NCBI GenBank assembly: GCA_963809565.1
Contig: CAWEKE010000001.1
Location: forward strand, 239,452 to 303,451
Length of the DNA stretch: 64,000 nucleotides
DNA from: an uncultured Gammaproteobacteria bacterium
GTDB taxonomy: Bacteria > Pseudomonadota > Gammaproteobacteria > Steroidobacterales > XN24
Direction: 5' to 3'
Shown: positions 42,986 to 52,018 of the stretch, piece after piece
Layout: each line of letters starts with the position of its first letter
Position numbering within the stretch: position 1 is the first letter of the stretch
The notes under the pieces: generated by a model
Told to the model about the DNA's origin: nothing
The model's database searches: none
What the model saw: only the letters and a program-made list of their open reading frames with translations
Position numbers and translations under genes: made by a program

Positions 42986-43978
42986 TCATTTGTCTGGCAA
43001 CCCGTTTCGGGGCGTGCTGCTGCGCGCGCTTGACCCGCCTGCGGGTCTGTCCTTGGGCCAGCGCCGGTTACCGCAAAACCACTGGCCTGGATCCTCGCGG
43101 ATCCAGCGCTCGAACAGCTGGTTGACCCGGATCATCATCTGTCTGGCCGTCTCGACTTCTCCGCCACGCGCGGATTCAACCGGTATCGGTTCGCAGATCG
43201 TGGCGCGGAACGTGGAACCAGCCAATCGCTGTATCCGGATCGGCACCAGTTCCAGCCCGTGGCGAAGCGCCAGCCTGGCCGGGATCAAAGTCGTCATTTT
43301 ATCCCTTCCGAAGAACGGCAGGGGATCTCCATTCTCTACCTTCTGATCGACCAGCAGGCCGATCGAGCGGCCGGCTTTGAGCTCGGTGAGCAGCGGGCGC
43401 ATGCTGTCTGCCCGGGGCACCAGATGACAGCCGAGGACCTCCCGATATCTGGCCAGGCGCTGGTCCAGCCCCGGGTTCTGCAACGGGGAATAGACCGCGG
43501 TTACGGGGATGCGCTGTTGCGCGACGGCCAGAGCAGCCAATTCCCAGTTTCCGTAATGCGCGGTGACGAAGATTGCCGGTCGATCACGCGCTTCAAGCGC
43601 GCGGATGCCCGGCGCAACCACATACTCGACACCGGCGCCTCTGCGGCCCCGGGCGATATGGTCGAGGTGCGCGTACTCGGTCATGCAGGCGCCGAAATTG
43701 CTCCACGCAGCCCGCACCAGAGCCTCTATCTGCTGCTTGTCCAAATCAGGGAACGCGATAGAGAAGTTGCGGCGCAGATGTTTGCTCTTGCCCTGACGGG
43801 GGCCCACGCTGCGCAGCATCCATGCGCCGAAGGCCGCTGCGCTGGCCGGGGGCAGCAGGCGCAACAGCCAGAACACCACCCCGAACAGCGCGTTCTCGAT
43901 ACCCCACAAGACGCGCCGGAATACCGGGTAGCGACGCATCAACTGCTTCGCTCGGTCGCCAAAGAGTGACTCTGCCAA
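42986..43978 (-). CDS. LpxL/HtrB-family (lipid A late / lysophospholipid) acyltransferase
   Basis: N-terminal TM segment followed by FVTAHYGNWELAA (H(x)4E/D-type acyltransferase motif). Length and layout are typical of PF03279-type enzymes. Confidence 0.75.
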   Translation of the reverse strand: MAESLFGDRAKQLMRRYPVFRRVLWGIENALFGVVFWLLRLLPPASAAAFGAWMLRSVGPRQGKSKHLRRNFSIAFPDLDKQQIEALVRAAWSNFGACMTEYAHLDHIARGRRGAGVEYVVAPGIRALEARDRPAIFVTAHYGNWELAALAVAQQRIPVTAVYSPLQNPGLDQRLARYREVLGCHLVPRADSMRPLLTELKAGRSIGLLVDQKVENGDPLPFFGRDKMTTLIPARLALRHGLELVPIRIQRLAGSTFRATICEPIPVESARGGEVETARQMMIRVNQLFERWIREDPGQWFCGNRRWPKDRPAGGSSARSSTPRNGLPDK

Positions 43979-44364
43979 GGGGATCCCCGTGGACCAGGTG
44001 CCAGGTGCCGATGCGACGGCCTGACAACGGTGTGCCTGTGTCTAAAGCCGATAAATACCACGGCCTCGGGCCGCATGTTCGCCCATGCTCCATGCCCGGG
44101 GCAAGGCAGGCGAGTGCTTTTTCCGCTGCCCGCTTGCCTGCGAGCCGGGGCTTGTTATGCTGCCCGCGCTGCAATCCGGCGCGCGGGGGCCGCCAACAAC
44201 GCTGCCCGCTCGCGGCATGCCGGGAGCGGTCGGCCGGTGGTTGAGTGTCGAGGACCGCAACTGGCCTGCCGACAGCCGGGCGGGTCAATTTCAAGCAAAT
44301 CGGATGCCGCCCATTCATGGCTGGCGACCATCGCGGACAAGGTGCACATCGAGGGAAACAGGCT

Positions 44365-45750
44365 ATGCAAAACGGGACATCATTTATTGCCACATGGATG
44401 GCCACATGCATGGCCACATGGCTGAAACCGCTGGCATGGCTGGTGCTTGCCATGGCGCCGGCGGGCCTGATGGCGGCGGAAACCAAAGCCCTGGTGGGCG
44501 GCACGTTGATCGACGGCTATGGCGGACGGCCGATCCATGACAGCGTGATACTGATCGAAGACGAGCGCATCGTCGCGGTCGGTCAAATTGACACCCTGCC
44601 GGTGCCCGAGGGCGCCGAGCTCATCTCTACCGAAGGCATGAGCGTGCTGCCGGGTCTGTGGGATATGCATGTGCACCTGATGATCAACGGTCATACCGAC
44701 TACGAGCATTGGGACAAGACTTACCTGGACCAGCTGGAAAGCTTGATCATGCCTGCCTCCGCGCATCAGCTGCTGCTGGCAGGCGTTACCAGCGCACGTG
44801 ATCTGGGCGCGCCGCTGGAAGCCAGCATCGCGGTCCGCGACGCGATCAACGCGGGAGAGATCCCGGGGCCGACCATGTATGTGTCGGGTCCTTTTATCCA
44901 GAAGACGCCCTATCCGGGGACCGAGGCTTTTCGGTGGGGTGTCAGCGGCGCGCGGGATGCCCGCGCCAAGGTCAAACGCCTGGCGGATGCCGGCGTGGAT
45001 GTGATCAAACTGATCGACCAGGATCAGATGAGCATGGAAGAACTGGAAGCCATCGTCGACGAGGCGCACGATCAGGGTCTGATTGTCGTGGCTCACGCGC
45101 ATCGCCCTGACGAGATACGTCGTGGACTGGTCGCCGGGGTGGACAACTTCGAACATACCGGTTTATCGACTGCGCCGGAGTATCCGCCGGACGTGATGAC
45201 CATGATCGAGGAGCGCACTGCGCAGATGAACCTGGGGCCGTTGTTCTGGACCCCGACGATCGAGGGTCTCTACAACTACGAGTATCTGCGCGACAACCCG
45301 GAAGAACTGGACAACACCTCCTGGCACCTCGATCTGCCGCAATCGATCATCGACGACATCCAGGCCTCATTCGCGCACCCGGATCGCTTGTCCTACTTCC
45401 AGATCACGCCGGCCCGCAAACCCACTTTGGCCCGCAAGTTCCAGCAGCTGAATGACGCAGGCGTGGTGCTGCTGATCGGCACCGACAGCGGCATCCCGAT
45501 GAAATTCCACAGCCAGTCGACCTGGCACGAGCTGGACGTCTGGGTCAACGAGCTGGATTATCCGGCGATGCAGGCGATCAGGGCGGCCAGCTACTGGCCT
45601 TCAGTGCTGATGGGCGTGGACGATCAGGTCGGCACCATCAGCGAGGGCAAGTACGCCGACATCATCGCGGTCAAAGGGGATGTGCTGCGCCATATCGCGC
45701 TGCTCCAGGATGTGGACCTCGTGATCAAACACGGGCAGCGCTACAAGTAA
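44365..45750 (+). CDS. amidohydrolase-family metallohydrolase, secreted
   Basis: GAGGGA about 9 nt upstream of ATG 44365. Signal peptide present. LVGGTLIDGYGG.., LPGLWDMHVHL (HxH metal motif), VAHAH. Confidence 0.85.
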   Translation: MQNGTSFIATWMATCMATWLKPLAWLVLAMAPAGLMAAETKALVGGTLIDGYGGRPIHDSVILIEDERIVAVGQIDTLPVPEGAELISTEGMSVLPGLWDMHVHLMINGHTDYEHWDKTYLDQLESLIMPASAHQLLLAGVTSARDLGAPLEASIAVRDAINAGEIPGPTMYVSGPFIQKTPYPGTEAFRWGVSGARDARAKVKRLADAGVDVIKLIDQDQMSMEELEAIVDEAHDQGLIVVAHAHRPDEIRRGLVAGVDNFEHTGLSTAPEYPPDVMTMIEERTAQMNLGPLFWTPTIEGLYNYEYLRDNPEELDNTSWHLDLPQSIIDDIQASFAHPDRLSYFQITPARKPTLARKFQQLNDAGVVLLIGTDSGIPMKFHSQSTWHELDVWVNELDYPAMQAIRAASYWPSVLMGVDDQVGTISEGKYADIIAVKGDVLRHIALLQDVDLVIKHGQRYK

Positions 45751-45786
45751 CGCAGCGCGCCCCCGGGTCCGGGCCCGACAGGGCTG

Positions 45787-47358
45787 CTATCGTGGCCGCG
45801 GGTGCCCGGGACGCGGGCGTCCACGCTCATCGACGATCAGCGAGCGGGTCCCGGGCGGCAGCACCTGCAGGCTTTTCAGGAACTCGATCACCGCATCCCG
45901 ATCCGTCGCCGGCAGGCCCGCGAACGCCTGACGCGATACCGATGCCTCGCCCGCGTGAGCCATTACCGCCTCCCTCAAGGTCGTGAACTTGCCGTGATGG
46001 AAATACGGCGGTTCGCTGGCGACCCCCCAGAGCTTGCGGGTCAGGAACCGGCAGTTGCCGGCGAAGAACTCGGCGGAGCCGGCGGCCTGCTGCATATCCA
46101 GTGGTTCGGCGTTGGCATCCTCCGGTCCATCGCACATGTGGTGCAGTTTGAGGTCCGTGTAGGCAGGCACGTCCACCACGCCCCGTCGATCCGGCCGCAA
46201 ACGCGGCAACGGTAGTGAGCGACTTGCCAGGTCGACGATCAGCTCGGGTGCGTCACCAGGCTGCAGATTGCCTGGCGGGTTATATGGATTCGGCTCTGAA
46301 TACTGGTCGCCATGCGGGCCCAGCGACAGGCTGGGAAGATGGCAATCGCTGCAGCCGATCTCGGCGAACCGGTCTTCGCCCAGCGCGATAGCCGCCTCGA
46401 TCTCCCGCTCGCGCGGGATGACCTGTCCGGGTACCGGCAAGGTCGCCTGGAATATCGTTACCGCGGTGATATCCGCCCGGGTCAGTTCATCAGCGAAACC
46501 GTCGCCGTCCGGGTCCATGCCGGACCCGAAACGCTCGGCGGATTGCATGCCGTGATGGTGATTGAACGCGTTGTTGCTGAACTGTCTCAGCGACACCACG
46601 GCACCGGCCTGGTGGAACGGCCGAATGACGAGATCCGGCGGTGAGTCAGGTCCGGCGCTGTGCAGGCTGGGCGCGGGCAGGCCCTCCACCGCCGTGGTGT
46701 CCCACTGACCCTGCGGATCGCGGCTCAAGCGCCCGAAGTCGACACCCTTGGTTACCAGTCGCTGTTGACCGCCGGGCGCGATCGAGTCGCGGATCGCCTG
46801 CAGGTCACGGGTCATCTCCCGGGCCAGCATCTCGATATAGCCGGAGCCGAACATGCCCAGCGTCGCCCGCTCGTTGGCAATGGATTGCAAAGTGGCGGAT
46901 CGCCCGGCTTCATCGACAGCTCCGCCGGTCGGCACCGGGTCGAGCGGATCGAAACTGGCGAAGTCAAAGCGCTGTCCGAGCACGAAGACATTGGTCACGA
47001 TGTCGCCGCCGCCGCCAATCCGCGGCTGCGCATGGCAACCCGCACAGGCATTGGAGTCCGGACCGGAGACGCGATTGAAATTGCGCGGAAACACCAGCGG
47101 AGCAGAAAAATCTGTCAGGTTTGCGCCGGTGCCCTTGCTCAAGGGACGCCCACCACCATCCTGGACGGTCCACGGCGCCCTGAACAGGGCCTCACCGAAG
47201 TCGATCAGCTCCATCAGCGGGAGATCGAATTCCTGCCCGTCCTGCAGATGCAGTGGCACCGCCTTTTCGCTGCCGATCTCGGCCGCGTTCACTCCGCCGC
47301 TGACGGCGAGCGCTACGGCCAACATTGATGCCAAGCTGCGCGTTTCAAACATAGTCAC
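45787..47358 (-). CDS. DUF1111-family di-heme oxidoreductase / putative peroxidase
   Basis: Signal peptide and two CXXCH motifs (NACAGCHAQPRIGGGGD and IGCSDCHLP). C-terminus HHGKFTTLREAVMAHAGEA is typical of the family. Confidence 0.85.
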   Translation of the reverse strand: MTMFETRSLASMLAVALAVSGGVNAAEIGSEKAVPLHLQDGQEFDLPLMELIDFGEALFRAPWTVQDGGGRPLSKGTGANLTDFSAPLVFPRNFNRVSGPDSNACAGCHAQPRIGGGGDIVTNVFVLGQRFDFASFDPLDPVPTGGAVDEAGRSATLQSIANERATLGMFGSGYIEMLAREMTRDLQAIRDSIAPGGQQRLVTKGVDFGRLSRDPQGQWDTTAVEGLPAPSLHSAGPDSPPDLVIRPFHQAGAVVSLRQFSNNAFNHHHGMQSAERFGSGMDPDGDGFADELTRADITAVTIFQATLPVPGQVIPREREIEAAIALGEDRFAEIGCSDCHLPSLSLGPHGDQYSEPNPYNPPGNLQPGDAPELIVDLASRSLPLPRLRPDRRGVVDVPAYTDLKLHHMCDGPEDANAEPLDMQQAAGSAEFFAGNCRFLTRKLWGVASEPPYFHHGKFTTLREAVMAHAGEASVSRQAFAGLPATDRDAVIEFLKSLQVLPPGTRSLIVDERGRPRPGHPRPR

Positions 47359-47637
47359 GTCCTCCGGTCGGCATTGATTCGTCCTTCACGAGGCATCGTC
47401 GGACACGGTGCTCTCATTGCCCATGACACAAATGTTGCGAGTTGACTCGGAAACGCTTCCGGGCAACGACTGGCGGCCTGACATCCGGAACCGATCCGAC
47501 TCCCATCCTCCAGAAACAAGTGACCAACGAAACCTGAACAGCATCCGGAACAGCGCGTTGGATTACGACGATCGGTGCGGTCTCGTACCAAACCATGCGC
47601 TTCCGGGCATGGCGCACGCATTGGGAATGCGAGCTGG

Positions 47638-47680
47638 AAAAAAGGTGGTGCGCGGCTGTCCGCAATGCCGCCCGCGCACC
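47638..47680 (-). terminator. rho-independent terminator for the 47695-48300 gene
   Basis: Minus strand reads GGTGCGCGG-(16 nt loop)-CCGCGCACC followed by ACCTTTTTTCC. Confidence 0.6.
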
Positions 47681-47694
47681 CAATACCAACCTCG

Positions 47695-48300
47695 TTAATC
47701 GATGGCAAACACGCTCACCGCCACCGGGTAGCCCAGACCGCCGTCCACGAAGTTGCCGAGATGCGGAGCTCCGGCGTTGGGATCCTCGGGCGTCAACAGC
47801 TGGCGAGCGAGGCGATCCCCGTCGCTGTAGTCCGCGGGTCCATGCCCGAACGCCAGCAGCCACACTTCCGCGCCGGCGCTGGGTTGCATACCGGGAATGT
47901 TGCCGTAGAAGTGCAGGGTTCCCCGACGCGGAGCAACACCCGAGTCCATACGTCCGAAAATGACGGGTGGTTTGTCGCCCGCGAAGTCGGCAAAGCCGCA
48001 GCGACCAACATCCGGGAATCCACCGACACATGTATCCGGGTCGTCGATGTAGACCCACCAGACCGTGTATGCGTTGCCGGATGCCAGGCCATTTATCTTC
48101 ATATGCCCTTTGAATCCGTTGTGGTTGGCACAAAATGTCGTGCTGCCACTGGCCCCTGCCTCGACAAATGCCAGCTCGGCAACGCGGTCGCGATCGCAGT
48201 TGCGATGACCGCCATCGCCGCCATCGCCGGCCGAGACAGGCATGGTGATGAATGCCATGAACATCAGCCACATCAGGTGTACTGGACGATATCTGAGCAT
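47695..48300 (-). CDS. secreted hypothetical protein (Cys-containing, about 200 aa)
   Basis: AGGGGGAAGGA SD-like sequence upstream of ATG 48300. Signal peptide MLRYRPVHLMWLMFMAFITMPVSAG. No family recognised. Confidence 0.6.
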   Translation of the reverse strand: MLRYRPVHLMWLMFMAFITMPVSAGDGGDGGHRNCDRDRVAELAFVEAGASGSTTFCANHNGFKGHMKINGLASGNAYTVWWVYIDDPDTCVGGFPDVGRCGFADFAGDKPPVIFGRMDSGVAPRRGTLHFYGNIPGMQPSAGAEVWLLAFGHGPADYSDGDRLARQLLTPEDPNAGAPHLGNFVDGGLGYPVAVSVFAID

Positions 48301-48520
48301 GTTCCTTCCCCCTTTATCTGTTATCCGGCGCGGTGTCCGGCGCCAGCGCTGTGAGCACAACCAGCCCCGCAGCTTGAAGTTCCGGCCGACCCCAGCCGTC
48401 GAGCTGCGGCCCCAACCGAGCCTGCAGCGTAGATTTCCACTCCAATCCGGTCACGAAAAAGGAGCGAAAAATCTGCTATAAATGCCTGATATTTTTGGAA
48501 AGTTGTCGGTTTGACGGGGT

Positions 48521-50422
48521 ATGACCGAACAAGGCAAGAATCTGGTCAAGGCGGCTTCGGCATATGTTTTCGGGGAATACACCCTGGATCTGGTGCGCGG
48601 CGCCCTGTTGAAAGATGGCGCCGAGATCAAGCTGCGACCGCAATCCTATGAGGTGCTGGTCTATTTGCTGCAGCGGCCGGGAAAGCTGGTATCCCGGGAT
48701 GAGCTGGTCCGGGCGATCTGGGGCCAGACCGTCGTCACCGATGACTCCGTGACCCACTGTGTGATTGATATCCGCAAGGCCATCGGCGACAAATCGCAAA
48801 AAGTGATCCGCACCATCCCGAAGCGGGGCTACATATTCGATCTGGATGTTGCGATACAAGGCGAGGGGCATGCCGGGGATCAGCTGTCCGGCGAGGCGCC
48901 AGATACCAGAACCGGAGACATGGGCCTCAGGCGTCTGGCGCCAGCGCTTGTCGTGTTATTGCTTGCGGCCGCTGCGTGGTGGCAGGCAGATCGCTTTGCA
49001 TCCCGCCCAATCGAGTCCGGCAACGACATCGGCGGTCCGGCAGCGAATACCATCGCCGTTCTGCCCTTTGTCGACATGAGCACTGAGCAGGATCAGGGCT
49101 ATTTCGCCGAGGGCGTCTCCGAGGAAGTGATACACCTGCTGGCACAAACGCCTGATCTCCTGGTGATTGCGCGGACGTCGTCTTTTTCCTTCGGCGAGAA
49201 CACGCCCGACATCGCCACGGTGGCAAAGGCATTGAATGTCGCCCATGTACTGGAGGGCAGCGTACGCAAGACCGAGGACCAGGTCCGCGTCACCGCGCAA
49301 CTGGTAGACGCCGCGACCAGCGCTCATGTCTGGTCGCACGTTTACGAGCGGGACCTGGGCGACATGATGAAAATCCAGACTGATATCGCACGCTCGGTCG
49401 CCGCTCAGCTTCAGGCCACGCTGACAGCCGGGGGAACACGCCTTGTCGGGATGTCCCACGACCCGAAGGCATACGAAAGCTATTTGCGAGCCAATTTCTT
49501 CTTCAATCGTCGCGCTCCAGGCGATGTGGCCCGGGCTCGGGACTATTACCAGCAGGCCATCGACCTGGATCCCGGCTTCGCACGTGCATGGGCCGGTCTT
49601 GCCGGTGCCTATTGGGTGCTCACCGCGGGCGAGGGTGAGATCCCGTTTGAGCAGGGCATGAAAATGCTTCGACAGGCGGCAGATCGATCCCTGGCCCTGG
49701 ATCCGGATCTGGTCGAAGGCCATCTGCGGGCGAGAGCTTACTGGTGGGCGACCGGGGACGACGAGGCAGCACGCAGGCATCTGGACGCTGCATTGGCTAT
49801 CGATCCAAACAATGAGCTGTTGCTGGGTATTCTGGCAGGCAATTACGCGTGGGACGGCGACATGCAGCAGGCGGTCGAGTTGCAGCGCAAGCTTGTGCGC
49901 AGGGATCCGCTGGCCGCAACGCACCGCCATAATCTGGCATCTTACCTTCTCACCGCCGGCCGTCTTGAAGAGGCCAGCAGCGAGTACACACGCGCGCTCG
50001 AACTTAACCCGTCAGAATCCTACGAGCTGGAATTCAGCGCTATCGCGATCCTTCAGGGTCGGCTGGACGAGGCTCTGTTCATGGTCGAATCCTGGCCAGA
50101 AGGGCCAGACCGGCAGCAGGCGCTGTCAATGATCCATCAGGCGCTGGGTCGGGATGCCGAGGCGGCGGCCGAATTCGAGAAGCTGACCAGGCACCCCGAT
50201 GCGGTCACAGCAGTCCGACTGGCCGAGATCTGCGCCTATCGCGGAGACGTCGACGGAGCGTTTGAGTGGCTGTCAACGGTGGTGGGGCCTGCGTACCGGT
50301 CCGAAGAGCGCTCCAGCCCGGGCATGCAGGCGCTGGACCGCATACGCCAGTCTGCATTTCTTTTCGCTCTGCGTGATGACCCACGCTGGAATACGCTGCC
50401 CGCAGAGCCGCGCCGGAGCTAA
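48521..50422 (+). CDS. CadC/ToxR-like membrane-bound transcriptional regulator (OmpR-type wHTH + TM + TolB-like + TPR)
   Basis: wHTH domain: YVFGEYTLDLVRGALLKDGAEIKLRPQSYEVLVYLLQRPGKLVSRDELVRAIWG...IRTIPKRGYIF. Single TM segment (LAPALVVLLLAAAAWW). Then IAVLPFVDMS..YFAEGVSEE and C-terminal TPRs. Confidence 0.85.
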   Translation: MTEQGKNLVKAASAYVFGEYTLDLVRGALLKDGAEIKLRPQSYEVLVYLLQRPGKLVSRDELVRAIWGQTVVTDDSVTHCVIDIRKAIGDKSQKVIRTIPKRGYIFDLDVAIQGEGHAGDQLSGEAPDTRTGDMGLRRLAPALVVLLLAAAAWWQADRFASRPIESGNDIGGPAANTIAVLPFVDMSTEQDQGYFAEGVSEEVIHLLAQTPDLLVIARTSSFSFGENTPDIATVAKALNVAHVLEGSVRKTEDQVRVTAQLVDAATSAHVWSHVYERDLGDMMKIQTDIARSVAAQLQATLTAGGTRLVGMSHDPKAYESYLRANFFFNRRAPGDVARARDYYQQAIDLDPGFARAWAGLAGAYWVLTAGEGEIPFEQGMKMLRQAADRSLALDPDLVEGHLRARAYWWATGDDEAARRHLDAALAIDPNNELLLGILAGNYAWDGDMQQAVELQRKLVRRDPLAATHRHNLASYLLTAGRLEEASSEYTRALELNPSESYELEFSAIAILQGRLDEALFMVESWPEGPDRQQALSMIHQALGRDAEAAAEFEKLTRHPDAVTAVRLAEICAYRGDVDGAFEWLSTVVGPAYRSEERSSPGMQALDRIRQSAFLFALRDDPRWNTLPAEPRRS

Positions 50423-50515
50423 ACGTAAATCCGGCTGCTTATCGCCAGGTGCATGGCCTTTATGGTCGCGTGGCGCTGTCGGACAGGATTAAACGAACCC
50501 CGCCCGGTCAGGCCC

Positions 50516-51889
50516 CTAATACATCCCGGAGACCAGCATGCCGCGTTCCTGTTCCGCTTCGCTGAGCTTGGGACAATAGTGAGAAATATTCCGCAGCAGC
50601 CATATCAGATAGGGCAAATGCAGGCCGACGATCAATTTGCCGGTGGTCAGCAGTGCCACCGAGATATCGCGCTCCGGGTCTGCCCATATCAGATTGTTGG
50701 TAAAGCCCAGATGCCCGAACGCCTTGTCGGTGTCCGGCCCATATAGGCCGACACTGGCGCTGCCGCGCATCATCCCGGCGGAATATCGCACCGGCACCAG
50801 CAATGAGCGATCAAATTCCATCTTGCCCACCTCGGCGACCGCGCGGCGTACGGTCAGCGGCTGGAATACGCGGACGCCGTCCAATTCACCCCCGTTGAGC
50901 AGGCACTGGAAAAAGCGCGCGCATTGATCGGCGGTGCCGACGCCATTGCCGGCCGGGATCACCGCGGCATAGAAGCGCGGATCGTTGGAAATCTCTACCG
51001 CCCGTCGCAAGCTGGTGCCGATCGCCCGGCGCAGATAGACATCTCCGGGTGCGTTCAAGCGCAAACCGGTCACATAGTTGGTGGCCAGCTTCGACAGCAC
51101 CGCACCCCGGGCGCCAAAATCCAGACCACGCAGGCCGAGCGGGAGCGCAATATTCTCGCGGAAAAACCGGCGGAATCGGATCCCGGCGACCCGCTCCACG
51201 AGGTCGGCGATCACGAAGCCCGCGGTCAAGGCGTGATAAGCATGATGGTGGCCGGGTTTCTCCGGCGCGGCCGCGTACAAACGACGCAGGATCTCCGGTC
51301 GATCCAGCAATAGCTCGGCGACATCCTCGTCGTCGCCCGCTGTGACGGTCGGGATCCCGGCCTTGTGACACAGCAGCTGGTAGATGGTGATGTCCTGCTT
51401 GCCGTTTTGCGCAAACTCAGGAATGTAATGACTGACCGGATCCAGCAGGCTGAGTTGCTTGCGTTCGGACAGCAGATGAACGGTCATCGCCGCCATCGCC
51501 TTGCTCGCCGAATACAGACACACCGGCGTCTCGGGAGTCATCGGCACCGGGTCGGCGGTTTCGTCGCCCGGGCCGTTACCGCGCGCATGGCCGATGGCGC
51601 GCTTGAGGACGACTTTGCCATGGCGCCGGAGCACAAAAGAAATTCCCGGATGCATACCGGTGGCGTAGATGTCCTCGATGCAGCCCCAGATTGCATCGAT
51701 GCCAGCCTGTTGCATGCCGACCGACTCTGGCTCCGCCTCCAGCGCCGGCTTGAACGAGGTCACGCTGGCCAGATCTCCGGGCACCGACGCGGAGTCGGTA
51801 ATCAGGCCACGCAGGGGCCGGGGAACAAAACGCACGGCGGTCAGCAAATCCATCTCCCGCGACGATGTCTGCACGGGAAGATACCGCAA
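50516..51889 (-). CDS. serine hydrolase (beta-lactamase / esterase family)
   Basis: SxxK motif in VCLYSASKAMAAM. Length and overall pattern fit class-C-like or EstB-like hydrolases. Confidence 0.8.
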   Translation of the reverse strand: MRYLPVQTSSREMDLLTAVRFVPRPLRGLITDSASVPGDLASVTSFKPALEAEPESVGMQQAGIDAIWGCIEDIYATGMHPGISFVLRRHGKVVLKRAIGHARGNGPGDETADPVPMTPETPVCLYSASKAMAAMTVHLLSERKQLSLLDPVSHYIPEFAQNGKQDITIYQLLCHKAGIPTVTAGDDEDVAELLLDRPEILRRLYAAAPEKPGHHHAYHALTAGFVIADLVERVAGIRFRRFFRENIALPLGLRGLDFGARGAVLSKLATNYVTGLRLNAPGDVYLRRAIGTSLRRAVEISNDPRFYAAVIPAGNGVGTADQCARFFQCLLNGGELDGVRVFQPLTVRRAVAEVGKMEFDRSLLVPVRYSAGMMRGSASVGLYGPDTDKAFGHLGFTNNLIWADPERDISVALLTTGKLIVGLHLPYLIWLLRNISHYCPKLSEAEQERGMLVSGMY

Positions 51890-52018
51890 ATCCGGTAAAA
51901 CTCCCTGGATGGACTGCTCAATTCGAACAATCAGGCAGGGCGCGGCCTGGCCGGCCCGACCTGGGCATACGAACCAAAACGTACCAGCGCAAGGCTCGCG
52001 GAAACGTCCGCTGGCCGC

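Noticed and set aside
44386-44431. Local duplication ATGGCCACATG / TGGATGGCCACATGCATGGCCACATGGC upstream in the amidohydrolase gene
   Set aside because: It lies inside the signal-peptide coding region (..ATWMATCMATWL..). It is a trivial short duplication without spacing or palindromic structure suggestive of a regulatory element.
47414-48271. 285-aa minus-strand ORF overlapping the 47695-48300 gene and crossing the terminator
   Set aside because: Arg/Gly/Cys-rich with no start context, and it runs through the hairpin terminator at 47638-47680. The alternative frame has a strong SD and a canonical signal peptide.
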